From a virus, in IMG/VR virus record IMGVR_UViG_3300006750_000002, positions 32,001 through 96,000 of that record: a stretch of DNA of 64,000 bases, one strand, 5' to 3'. The notes under the pieces are model-generated. The model did not search any database and was not told the origin of the DNA. It was given only the letters and a program-made list of their open reading frames with translations. Shown piece by piece: positions 45,938 to 55,684 of this stretch (its first letter is position 1; every line of letters starts with the position of its first letter). The position numbers were made by a program, and so were the translations under genes.

Positions 45938-47791
45938 ATGGCTAATAATAAAATATCATATTCTGAGAGAGACTTTGTGGGGTTAAGGGGAGAGCTTCTA
46001 ACCTACGTTCAGGACCAATACCCAGACCTCATCCAAAATGCTAATGACGCCTCTCTATTTTCAGTGTTTTTAGATTTAAATGCTGCAATAGGGGACAACC
46101 TCCATTACCATATAGATAGAAGTCTTCAAGAAACAGTCCTTCAGTATGCTAACCAAAGGTCATCAATATATAATATCGCTAGGACTTATGGTTTAAAAAT
46201 ACCCGGGACTAGACCTTCCGTGTCGGTTTGTGATTTTACCATAACCGTACCAGTACTACAAACGTCAGGAGGAGGTGATAAAGAAGACTTTAGGTATTTA
46301 GGCACATTAAGAAGAGGGTCACAAGCTAAGGGGGCCGGCCAAGTATTTGAAAACATTCACGATGTTGATTTTTCGGTACCATTTGACGCTACAGGATTCC
46401 CCAATAGAACTAAAGTACCTAATTTTAACAATAATGGGAATATAGTTAGTTATACTATCACAAAAAGAGAAGTGGTTATAAATGGCATAACTAAAGTCTT
46501 TAAAAGAGTAATTAGTGGTAGTGATGTGTTACCATTCTTAAAAATATATTTACCAGAAAAAAATGTTTTAGGTGTTACCGGAGTACTCCAAAAAGACGGA
46601 ACCAACATACAAGCGGTCCCAAAAGCTACTGAATTCATTAACTCCCAAAATAAATGGTATGAGGTGGATGCTTTAGCTCAAGATAAAGTTTTTGTCGTGG
46701 ACACTAGTAAACCTTCTGATTTACCTGGAGTTAAAGTGGGTAAGTGGAAACCCGTAAATCAAAGATTTATTACGGAGTATACACCCGAAGGGTTTTTCTA
46801 TCTTACAATGGGTGGTGGTACTAGTAGTGGGCAAGAGAGTTTAGACGACTTTACACAACAAGGGTTTACCATGGATTTAAGTAGGTATATGAATAACCTA
46901 TCTTTAGGTCTTTCCCCTAGAGCTAATACTACCTTATTCATACAGTATCGTGTCGGTGGTGGTAAATCCACAAATATTGGACCAAATACTGTGAATAGTT
47001 TTGGGACTATAGATTTTGTTGTTAATGGGCCTAACGTTAATCTAAATAGGTCAGTAAGTGAGTCGTTAAGTGTAAACAACGTTACTGCGGCAATTGGAGG
47101 AGCTAACCAACCTACAGTGGAAGAGATTAGAAACTACATTGGATTTAATTTTTCTTCTCAAAAAAGAGCTGTAACCTTATCTGACTATAAGGTACTAATA
47201 GATACAATGCCTTCAGTTTTCGGTGCTCCCGCTAAGTGTGGTGTCATGGAAGTAGAAAATAAAGTAATGGTGAAACTACTTTCCTACAATACAGATGGTA
47301 CTTTAACGTCTAATGTGAGTACTACTCTAATGAACAATATAAGTGAATATTTGTCAGATTATAGGATGTTAAACGACTACATAACCATCCAACCGGCAGA
47401 AGTAATTGACCTATCTTTAGAAGTGGATTTATTAATTGACCCTTCATTTAATAGTGGTGTTATTATCACTAATATAATTAATGCTACAAATGATTTCTTT
47501 GCTCCTAAGAATAGAGAAATGGGGACAGATATTTTTGTGGGGGAACTAATTAAAAATCTTGCTGCTCAAGATGGTGTAAAAAACTTAATAGACTTAAGAA
47601 TCTACAATAAAGTCGGGGGTGAGTACTCCAGTAACCAAGTGTCCCAAAGATACTCAAACCCCGAAACTAAACAGGTAGAATTGATTGATGGGGTGATATT
47701 TGCACAACCAACACAATCATTTCAAGTTAAGTTCGCAACCAAAGATGTTGTGGTACGAGTAAAATCAACAAATCAAACAACAGTAACCTAA
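45938..47791 (+). CDS. baseplate wedge protein (T4 gp6 / baseplate J-like)
   Basis: 'RDFVGLRGELL', 'AIGGANQPTVEEIR' and 'QKRAVTLSDY'. Confidence 0.9.
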   Translation: MANNKISYSERDFVGLRGELLTYVQDQYPDLIQNANDASLFSVFLDLNAAIGDNLHYHIDRSLQETVLQYANQRSSIYNIARTYGLKIPGTRPSVSVCDFTITVPVLQTSGGGDKEDFRYLGTLRRGSQAKGAGQVFENIHDVDFSVPFDATGFPNRTKVPNFNNNGNIVSYTITKREVVINGITKVFKRVISGSDVLPFLKIYLPEKNVLGVTGVLQKDGTNIQAVPKATEFINSQNKWYEVDALAQDKVFVVDTSKPSDLPGVKVGKWKPVNQRFITEYTPEGFFYLTMGGGTSSGQESLDDFTQQGFTMDLSRYMNNLSLGLSPRANTTLFIQYRVGGGKSTNIGPNTVNSFGTIDFVVNGPNVNLNRSVSESLSVNNVTAAIGGANQPTVEEIRNYIGFNFSSQKRAVTLSDYKVLIDTMPSVFGAPAKCGVMEVENKVMVKLLSYNTDGTLTSNVSTTLMNNISEYLSDYRMLNDYITIQPAEVIDLSLEVDLLIDPSFNSGVIITNIINATNDFFAPKNREMGTDIFVGELIKNLAAQDGVKNLIDLRIYNKVGGEYSSNQVSQRYSNPETKQVELIDGVIFAQPTQSFQVKFATKDVVVRVKSTNQTTVT

Positions 47792-47865
47792 TTCGTTTAC
47801 ATATTTTAATCTCCGATTAAATTTGATTTTGAGTAAATAACTATTTATTTTATAAAGAATCAAGT

Positions 47866-50800
47866 ATGTCTAAATCTTATAGGATTAAAGCAAAACCTAA
47901 TGAAGACAAAAATATTTTTGTTAATTTAGAACAAGACTTTGACCAATTAGAAATATTAAGTTTAAAAATTGTCAAATCAGATGCCTATTCTAGGACATGT
48001 GCTGATTATGGCGTGGTCGTAGGTCGTGCTCAAGCAAATGGTGGCTTTGGTATCCCTAACGCTAAGGTTTCTATTTTTATACCTATTACTGATGAGGATG
48101 CGGAAGATGAAGTAATTTCACAACTATACCCTTTTAAAAAAATTAGTGATAAAAACGAAGAGGGTTATAGGTATAATCTATTACCTAAAATTTCGGAAAG
48201 TTGTAACCACAATGCCACTGGAAACTTTTTTACTCCAGAAGAGGTAATCAATAACCCTGTAATATTAGAGGTATTTGAAAAATACTATAAGTACACCACT
48301 AAGACTAATGAAAGTGGTGATTACATGTTGTGGGGGATACCCCTAGGTAATCAAACCATACACGCAAGTATAGATGTTAGTGACATAGGGTGTTATTCGA
48401 TGAGACCGTATCAATTCATAAGGCAAGGAGTGAGTGCTTCTAAGTTTGAAAGTGCGTTAGAATTTAAAACTTCTGAAAATCTGGACACATTGCCTCAGAT
48501 ATCTTTACAAAATAAAGCCATAGAAGTGGTCCCTTTTTGGGGAGATGAGAAACTATGTGGGGTGGGGATAACTAGAGTAGATTTTGATTTACGAGACTCG
48601 GGTGTAGAGATAGTTCCGAGTTCTACTTTTATTGGTTCTATTATTACTGATGATGATAGTAATTACGTCTCAATAGATGGGGTACCAACCAAAGGACAAG
48701 GTCAGTTATGTAATCTTACTACAGGTACTGGAACCATTGAAGCGATTAGGCACACGATATTGAAAGAAGATGATGGGTGTACAACTAAACTGGAGAAGTT
48801 TAATTTAGATAATGGTGGTAAGGTTATTGACGGAAATGGTGCGTGGGTAACCCAACTACCAATGAACCTAGACTTCTTAATAACCAACGAATACGGGCAA
48901 AATATAGTGTCAGACGACCCTAAGGTTGGGATACCTACAAAGGCTAAATATAGGTTTAGAATTTCTTTCGATGGGACAGGTGGGGAAGTTAGAAGCGGAA
49001 GATATTTAGTACCTAACCTAAGAGAATACTCAGACCCAACCCAAACGGATAGGTCCTATAATTTTTCAGACAAATTAGAAGATTATCCAGAAGTGACTAC
49101 ACCTACTGATATCTATGGTTCTCCCGCAAATCAATGTGCTGACTATTTTTATGAGTTTGCACCTAATAGAGTATATACAGTCGCTAATTTTATAGATAAT
49201 TATCGAAAAAATGTGATACACAGCGAAGACAATAGAACAGCTAATAGTAGGTGGAGATTCCTAGGGATTAAAACCATTAACCCACCTGCAGAAAGCCGAT
49301 GTACGGACATCACTAAAGAATTTCCTGTAAGTGATGCGTTTAGAGGGGGGACCACTAGGTTTTCCACTATGCAAATTACTAGATTATTACAAGTAATAAC
49401 ACTTACACTCACAGCTTTAATAATTGGAATACAACTGTTAATGATGGTCCAATCATTTGGTAATCAGGCTCTTAGAGGCACTACGGTGATGTCATTAATA
49501 ACCACTGCGGGCATAGCATCCGCTTCGGTTATTAATGCACCTGTAGGTGCCGCGATTATGTCTAATTTCATAGCAGACCTGATTTCGGCTATCTTCGCAG
49601 TAATTTTATCTGTAGGACTTATTTATATACCTGTGGGTATTAGTATGGTACAGAATTTTTATGTGGTAAGACAATTATATAATTACCCTAACTGTGAACC
49701 ATGTTTCTGTGGTACGGCTTATAAATTTAATCCTTATGCACTAATAAGTGGGTTAATGAACCCTAGTGATAGGGTCCAACAAGAGACGATTGGTGACGAC
49801 CCCGGTAGTGTAAATAATTGTAATGGGGAACGATATATGGAGGGGTTTAAGGAGCACAACGCTTGGTTTTGGAAGGGCAAACAAAACGACCACCCTAAAG
49901 GGTGTTATGTTCTCCAGTTTAGGGATGGTGTAATGGTCGCCTATATCACTGCCCTCAGTGCGATTACTGCATTTTGTTTCATCCCTTTTAATGTTGGGGC
50001 AATCGGAACGTACGTCGCTTTAAGTCTTGGACTTATGGCGGTATTAATAGCAGTAATAGATAGTGTTTATAAAATATATGTGAGTCTAAATCAATGGAGA
50101 ATTCTTGCTAATATCTATACAGGTTTGTGTGAAGGAGTATTTAATATGAAGTTTAGTAATAATTGGATTAACGGTACCTTATATTACCCCAAGTTCATAA
50201 CAAAACAACTAAAGATTAACCCAACTAGTGGCCTACCTACGCCCAACTCCACTACGGACTATTGTGATAGGGTAGTTAAACATATGGATGATGGTACGGG
50301 TAGTTTCTTCTATTATAGAAGTTGCCCATACGAATTATCTGAATTTATCGATTATAATCACAACGTTGATGTTGGGGTCGGACCCGCCGCGGAACATAAG
50401 GGCATAAATTTCCCAACTACCATAACAGATTTGGGGCCATTGGACCCTTGCATATTGGAACTATGTGAAGAAAATATTGAAGACAGTGACCAATGTATCT
50501 TTATTCAGAAATTAAAACCTAGTAGCTTCCAACCCACTGACGAGCTTTTGGGTATGATTATAGAAAGAAAAATAAGTGTAATAAGTGTGAATGGAGATGG
50601 GTATTATTCTTTTAACTGGGCTGGAATAAATAAGTTCTTTGGTTCTGACGACGCTCCCAGTAACAATATGAACGTTAATTTGGGGAATAGAAGATGGGGA
50701 AGTAACGGTACCTCCAGTAATCCTGGTGACAGAAGGAATAGAGCGATAGATGGTGGTATCGCACAAACACTAGCGACAAATAACCAAATGGGGATATCAG

Positions 50801-51345
50801 TTTATACGAGTGACGAAACTGACCCGTATTACGGTACTACTACTCCGTGGTACACTAACTTTGGTGTCCCGGGTGAGGACTCCGCTAATGCCATTACTCG
50901 GTTTTCTACCAGAATATCATTAATGCCTAGAGATACGGACCTAATAAAATGTATTCAGGGTGGGGTAAATGGGTCCCAAAACACCCAAGTAATACCTTAT
51001 TATGGGTGGAGGTCTAATGTAGGTTATGGTAATTGGGATAACGACTATGATTGGGGTAACGTAAGTGTAAAAGGAAACCAACAAGGGATACTATACCAAG
51101 CCCCAGACAGTGAGGGTGATGATGGGACTTGGGCAACACCATATTATTATGATGGGGGGACATTACCTCCGTTAGGTTATTTTATGAGTGTCCCCTTACC
51201 ACCAGCTACTGACCCACCTCTATCACAAACAGGAACTTTCAGACTGGGAACTGGGTTGTATTTTTATTTTGGTCTCCGTCAAGGAGGGTCCGCTTACGAA
51301 AGGTTCATAAACGAATACTTACCACCAAAAGATGATGGAGAGTAA
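47866..51345 (+). CDS. large baseplate-cluster protein with an Ig/CarboxypepD_reg-like N-terminus and several hydrophobic helices
   Basis: 'GVVVGRAQANGGFGIPNAKVSIF', long uncharged segments at about 49381-49650 and 49927-50060; TATTTAT at 47842-47848. Confidence 0.55.
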   Translation: MSKSYRIKAKPNEDKNIFVNLEQDFDQLEILSLKIVKSDAYSRTCADYGVVVGRAQANGGFGIPNAKVSIFIPITDEDAEDEVISQLYPFKKISDKNEEGYRYNLLPKISESCNHNATGNFFTPEEVINNPVILEVFEKYYKYTTKTNESGDYMLWGIPLGNQTIHASIDVSDIGCYSMRPYQFIRQGVSASKFESALEFKTSENLDTLPQISLQNKAIEVVPFWGDEKLCGVGITRVDFDLRDSGVEIVPSSTFIGSIITDDDSNYVSIDGVPTKGQGQLCNLTTGTGTIEAIRHTILKEDDGCTTKLEKFNLDNGGKVIDGNGAWVTQLPMNLDFLITNEYGQNIVSDDPKVGIPTKAKYRFRISFDGTGGEVRSGRYLVPNLREYSDPTQTDRSYNFSDKLEDYPEVTTPTDIYGSPANQCADYFYEFAPNRVYTVANFIDNYRKNVIHSEDNRTANSRWRFLGIKTINPPAESRCTDITKEFPVSDAFRGGTTRFSTMQITRLLQVITLTLTALIIGIQLLMMVQSFGNQALRGTTVMSLITTAGIASASVINAPVGAAIMSNFIADLISAIFAVILSVGLIYIPVGISMVQNFYVVRQLYNYPNCEPCFCGTAYKFNPYALISGLMNPSDRVQQETIGDDPGSVNNCNGERYMEGFKEHNAWFWKGKQNDHPKGCYVLQFRDGVMVAYITALSAITAFCFIPFNVGAIGTYVALSLGLMAVLIAVIDSVYKIYVSLNQWRILANIYTGLCEGVFNMKFSNNWINGTLYYPKFITKQLKINPTSGLPTPNSTTDYCDRVVKHMDDGTGSFFYYRSCPYELSEFIDYNHNVDVGVGPAAEHKGINFPTTITDLGPLDPCILELCEENIEDSDQCIFIQKLKPSSFQPTDELLGMIIERKISVISVNGDGYYSFNWAGINKFFGSDDAPSNNMNVNLGNRRWGSNGTSSNPGDRRNRAIDGGIAQTLATNNQMGISVYTSDETDPYYGTTTPWYTNFGVPGEDSANAITRFSTRISLMPRDTDLIKCIQGGVNGSQNTQVIPYYGWRSNVGYGNWDNDYDWGNVSVKGNQQGILYQAPDSEGDDGTWATPYYYDGGTLPPLGYFMSVPLPPATDPPLSQTGTFRLGTGLYFYFGLRQGGSAYERFINEYLPPKDDGE
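49020..49047 (+). repeat. 28-bp exact direct repeat, copy 2
   Basis: Identical to 21600-21627. Confidence 0.95.
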
Positions 51346-53053
51346 CTATAAACTTATACCACCAGATAAACAGTATAAGGGGGCTCCATTAGTGGACACC
51401 GTCCTAAATATTACTTTAGAAGATACTAATAGGCATTTAATAGAGGGCGATATTACAATCCCCTTAAATTTAGCTGAACGTTTTAATGATGAAAGACAAA
51501 ATTTTTCATTATATAGGGTATATGGTAAACTCCAACCCTATATTGAAAACGCTTACTCAGGAAGAGCAGACCAAACCATGTCTAATCTTATCTATAACAT
51601 GTATTTGACCTCACCTTATTTAAGTCAAAATCCAAACTCAGTAAATTTTATAGGTTATCCAGATTTTTCGGAGTTTGATTTTGTAAGAAATGATGTGGAT
51701 GAGTCGGTTAATGATGAAACTAATTGGAATTTATATATAACAATTCCTACGACATGTCATGAAGAACAAGAGATGAGTTATATGTGGGAAGAAGGTGGTA
51801 CTGTGATGGCTTTTATGGCATTTGAGGGCATACCCTACCATATTACTAATAAAACGGTTGGTGGTAAAAATTTATTAGAATTCACATGTCCCGTCCCCCA
51901 CGGTTTAACACAGGGGGAGTACGTGGTTTTAGATATAAAAGCACCACTTCCTTATAGTTTTTCGAACGGAATTAACACATATCCTGTATATAGTGTAGGC
52001 AACAATAATAGAAACTCTACTAAGTTTGTTTTCAACTTATATATACCCCAAGTGGATGTCGGATTCAACCCCATAAGTGACGGCACTATGGGTGTCTTTA
52101 GAAGACAGATAGTTAAAGGGGATATTACCACCCTATCTAATTATTATGTATTAATTCATGAAATAATAACTAATGTAGAAGATTATCAGATAACCAAATG
52201 TGGATTCGCTGAAGGAATATTTAAAAAGGTAGAAAAGTTCCAATCCAGTACCGAAACCCCAAACGCTGAAGATAGGGTAGCGGTTAAACAAGCTTACCCA
52301 ACATACCTTTATACTTTTACAAAAGATATAAATGTTAAAAGATATTTAGATAATTTAAAAAGACCTATCACTACCCTCTATGTGAGTATATTTTTAAGAA
52401 ACAACTTAGGGTATTTTGATTACCCACCTAAGTATGGTTGGGAATGGAATTTTCCCTACAGTTTTGAAGATACGACAGTGGTAGGTAACACAGTAAAAGG
52501 GGCACCTGGTGACCCCCAAGTAGTCAGTGGGGTAATTTATAATGAACAGTTCCCCATTGTCCCCGGAAGTTTAAAGTCTGGAAAACCATTAGTTCCGGGA
52601 GATAAGTTAAGAGGAGCATTTACTGAATATAATACTTCGGAACTACAGGAAAGAACTATTTCTAAAATAAAACATAAATTTACTTTTAATCCTTACATTT
52701 TTGATGGGAGTAAAGGATACGTTTATACTCCCCACTACCCTGTACCGATAAGAGTTTATTCGGACTATATTGAATCTGGAGACCCGAAGAAGGTTGCGAA
52801 TATCCCAGACTATTCCACCTACTCTGAACTGGAAAAAACTTGGAAATGGAGGGACATCTACGAAATCGGGTTCGTTGAGGGTGGTAACGGTGTGGATTAT
52901 CCTTTTTTAAATGCTGCACATTACCCTAAAAGGGACATAGATTTTTTTACTTCTCGTACCGTTAGGAGTACAGCGTTTAACTCTAATTCCACAATATCTT
53001 TAAGTGGTGCAAATAATACTTTAGAAAATTTTGTAATAGATGGCTGTGAATAA
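51332..53053 (+). CDS. hypothetical structural protein (baseplate/fibre cluster)
   Basis: 573-aa ORF whose ends overlap both neighbours, consistent with translational coupling. Confidence 0.55.
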   Translation: MMESNYKLIPPDKQYKGAPLVDTVLNITLEDTNRHLIEGDITIPLNLAERFNDERQNFSLYRVYGKLQPYIENAYSGRADQTMSNLIYNMYLTSPYLSQNPNSVNFIGYPDFSEFDFVRNDVDESVNDETNWNLYITIPTTCHEEQEMSYMWEEGGTVMAFMAFEGIPYHITNKTVGGKNLLEFTCPVPHGLTQGEYVVLDIKAPLPYSFSNGINTYPVYSVGNNNRNSTKFVFNLYIPQVDVGFNPISDGTMGVFRRQIVKGDITTLSNYYVLIHEIITNVEDYQITKCGFAEGIFKKVEKFQSSTETPNAEDRVAVKQAYPTYLYTFTKDINVKRYLDNLKRPITTLYVSIFLRNNLGYFDYPPKYGWEWNFPYSFEDTTVVGNTVKGAPGDPQVVSGVIYNEQFPIVPGSLKSGKPLVPGDKLRGAFTEYNTSELQERTISKIKHKFTFNPYIFDGSKGYVYTPHYPVPIRVYSDYIESGDPKKVANIPDYSTYSELEKTWKWRDIYEIGFVEGGNGVDYPFLNAAHYPKRDIDFFTSRTVRSTAFNSNSTISLSGANNTLENFVIDGCE

Positions 53054-54053
53054 ATTAAAATTGAGAGTTAATCAGATTAAAGATGGGGTTTACGACCGTC
53101 AAATACTTTTTCCTTTGGGTCAAAGTTATGATGAAGTAGGTAGGGAAGACTTAATTGGTGTTTATGAGGATGAAACCATCGACAAACTTGTGGGAATTAA
53201 AAGGGATTATGAGGTCACCAGATATACCCACGCGCCTTTAGAGAATGGGGACCCAAGTCCTAACCTATTCTATAATTTTATGTTTGGGAGTCTAGATTCT
53301 ATTCTCAACACCTTTACAACTAATTTCCCATCTACACCCACTCCAGTGACAATGTGGGGAAATATCCCACCGTGCCCACCTGGGATAGAAGACTTTTGGA
53401 CACAATATAGTGACAATCCCATATATTTACCCGCAACCCCAACAACCCCCAACACATGGTACGGATACGATTTTCAGACATTTACACCTGAGGAGACATA
53501 TAAGAGTAATAAAAATTTCACCAAAAGCTTCTTTAAATTAGACTTATACAATAGTATGGATAGGAAAAAACAAAAATTATTCATCAGTATAATAATAAAC
53601 CCTATGAACGGAAATAAAATGTTACGGCCCACCTTAAGTGTGCAATGTCCAGTGGATGAACTAGATGGTAGGTGGAACTGTAGACCCGAAGGTGAACAAT
53701 TCTGCCCTACACCTGAATTTGAGTTAGACCCAGTTAATAATAACGAAGGTTACTTTATTTATTGGTTAAAGGAAAAAAAATTAATAGACCTTAACGTGTT
53801 TTATATGAGTTGTAAATTTTACAATGCAAAAACAGGAGAGGTCACACAACTCATTAATGAGAACCAAATGACTATTGATAGTGACACTTCTCAACCCTAC
53901 AGCATTTCCAAGGAAACCTATTATTATTATAGGGTAGTTTTAAATCAAGATAGGTTTCAATATACCATCTACAAGACTAGTGATGGTACTAGAGTAGGCG
54001 AAAACAGTGGTAACCCCATAAACTTTTATCAATATTTCAATGCACCATACTAG
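53040..54053 (+). CDS. hypothetical structural protein
   Basis: 337-aa ORF coupled to its neighbours. Confidence 0.55.
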   Translation: MAVNKLKLRVNQIKDGVYDRQILFPLGQSYDEVGREDLIGVYEDETIDKLVGIKRDYEVTRYTHAPLENGDPSPNLFYNFMFGSLDSILNTFTTNFPSTPTPVTMWGNIPPCPPGIEDFWTQYSDNPIYLPATPTTPNTWYGYDFQTFTPEETYKSNKNFTKSFFKLDLYNSMDRKKQKLFISIIINPMNGNKMLRPTLSVQCPVDELDGRWNCRPEGEQFCPTPEFELDPVNNNEGYFIYWLKEKKLIDLNVFYMSCKFYNAKTGEVTQLINENQMTIDSDTSQPYSISKETYYYYRVVLNQDRFQYTIYKTSDGTRVGENSGNPINFYQYFNAPY

Positions 54054-55668
54054 TATGGAAGAATATAAATTTAAAATAAAAAGAAAATTTTATCCTGGTG
54101 AAACGGAATCAATTCCCCCTAACCTACCACCAGGGTATGTTAATGAAACGTCTTTTGGTGTGCCACAAGGACAGAATTGTTTAAATTGTTATTTTTACAA
54201 TAGTGGCATGTGTGATTATTGGAATGGTGAAGTTAGGGATAATTACTGGTGTGGCACGTGGACGGACCCACAAACACTCCAACAGGACTTGCCCGACCCC
54301 CCACCATGTATAACAGGGGTTACGGTACCCATAATTATTACAGAAGACTTTAATGATATTGGAGTTTATACACCTTGGGACGGTTTAGTCTTACAAAGAG
54401 ATGTTATAAATAATTTTATATATGTTGGGAATGGTTTATCTATGACGGTAACGAATACATCAGATGTAGATTTTAAAAGATTTTTAACCTTTTCTGATTA
54501 TACAATATTGTGGGGAGACGGCCAGTCAGGTAATCTAACACTACAACAAACCTCACTGACCCACACTTATCTGACACCTGGAGAGTATAAACTAACTTTA
54601 GAGCAGATTAACCCATGGGGTACGACTAGAATTAGTAAAATTATACAACTCCCATATAATGGAAGTGTGGTTATTCCTAATCCGTACGGCACGGTAGAAA
54701 TACAACCACCAAATTTTGGTGACCCAATAGGGTGTGATACAGTACTGCAGAATTATATCTTTAGTGGGGATAGTAACCCTGACGTTTATGACTTTTTTAG
54801 TTTTAACTATGTAACCGTTCCTTTTGAAGTGACTGGACACACCACTACCAGCAACTTAAATCTTTTCATACAATATGGTTCTGGAGGGCTACCACCGACT
54901 GGAACAATGATTGACCTAACATCAGAATTGGAGGGGGAGATATTGGAAAATACCCCACAATATACGGCATATACGATTAATGATATTAAATATACTGATT
55001 TTAGTGGGGGTACGACATTATTTACTGCGTTAAGTACTGGGTTAAATTCGGAAAATTTAGAGTGGGAATGTTGTGATGAGACATTAAGTGACCCATGCCC
55101 GTGTGAAGAAAAAGGTGATACCATACCTAAAGGGGATTATGATGGTAACATAACTTATATGCAGGGCACCACAGTACAACATGATGGGTGTTGTTGGTAC
55201 TGTCACCCAAAGTCACCTAGTGTTACTGAATGTTCGGGAGCCCCACGATTCGACGATAACGTATGGCAACCATGTTTACCGTGTACTAACGAGAGTTCCG
55301 TAAACCCTAGAAGTTCTAATATGGTAATAGAAACAACAGAATATTCCCCTTCCTTTACTTATAATAGGGGGGATATGGTGTCCTTTTACGGAGCCTTATA
55401 TACCTTTGAGGGAACAAGAATACTATCGGATAGTGGGGCCACTGAGATTAGTACCGTCTCGGGATGGATTGAATTGACGTATGACTCCACCTATTTAAAT
55501 AGTGATAATATACCTGTGACGGAGATTAGTCCCTATCAGGACCAAAATGAAAGAGTTTGGATTGGTGGGTATACCACCAATCCAGAATTTAGTGTAGAGG
55601 ACTGGGAAACCAAATCCCAACAACCTGTGACACATTATAGTATTTGGGAAAATATTAAAAATAAATGA
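54040..55668 (+). CDS. structural protein with a PKD-like domain and CBM5/12-like motifs (start possibly ATG 54055)
   Basis: PKD pattern 'ILWGDG.......THTYLTPGEY.LTL'; 'YMQGTTVQHDGCCW' and 'YNRGDMVSFYGALY'. Confidence 0.6.
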   Translation: MHHTSMEEYKFKIKRKFYPGETESIPPNLPPGYVNETSFGVPQGQNCLNCYFYNSGMCDYWNGEVRDNYWCGTWTDPQTLQQDLPDPPPCITGVTVPIIITEDFNDIGVYTPWDGLVLQRDVINNFIYVGNGLSMTVTNTSDVDFKRFLTFSDYTILWGDGQSGNLTLQQTSLTHTYLTPGEYKLTLEQINPWGTTRISKIIQLPYNGSVVIPNPYGTVEIQPPNFGDPIGCDTVLQNYIFSGDSNPDVYDFFSFNYVTVPFEVTGHTTTSNLNLFIQYGSGGLPPTGTMIDLTSELEGEILENTPQYTAYTINDIKYTDFSGGTTLFTALSTGLNSENLEWECCDETLSDPCPCEEKGDTIPKGDYDGNITYMQGTTVQHDGCCWYCHPKSPSVTECSGAPRFDDNVWQPCLPCTNESSVNPRSSNMVIETTEYSPSFTYNRGDMVSFYGALYTFEGTRILSDSGATEISTVSGWIELTYDSTYLNSDNIPVTEISPYQDQNERVWIGGYTTNPEFSVEDWETKSQQPVTHYSIWENIKNK

Positions 55669-55684
55669 TAGATAAATACATAAA

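Noticed and set aside
21600-49047. Diversity-generating retroelement explanation for the 28-bp repeat
   Set aside because: There is no reverse transcriptase in the window, the repeat is too short, and the flanking mismatches are not adenine-specific.
51332-54053. Three consecutive 14-nt gene overlaps as a special signal
   Set aside because: Two disappear if the second ATG (51335, 54055) is the true start; this is ordinary translational coupling.
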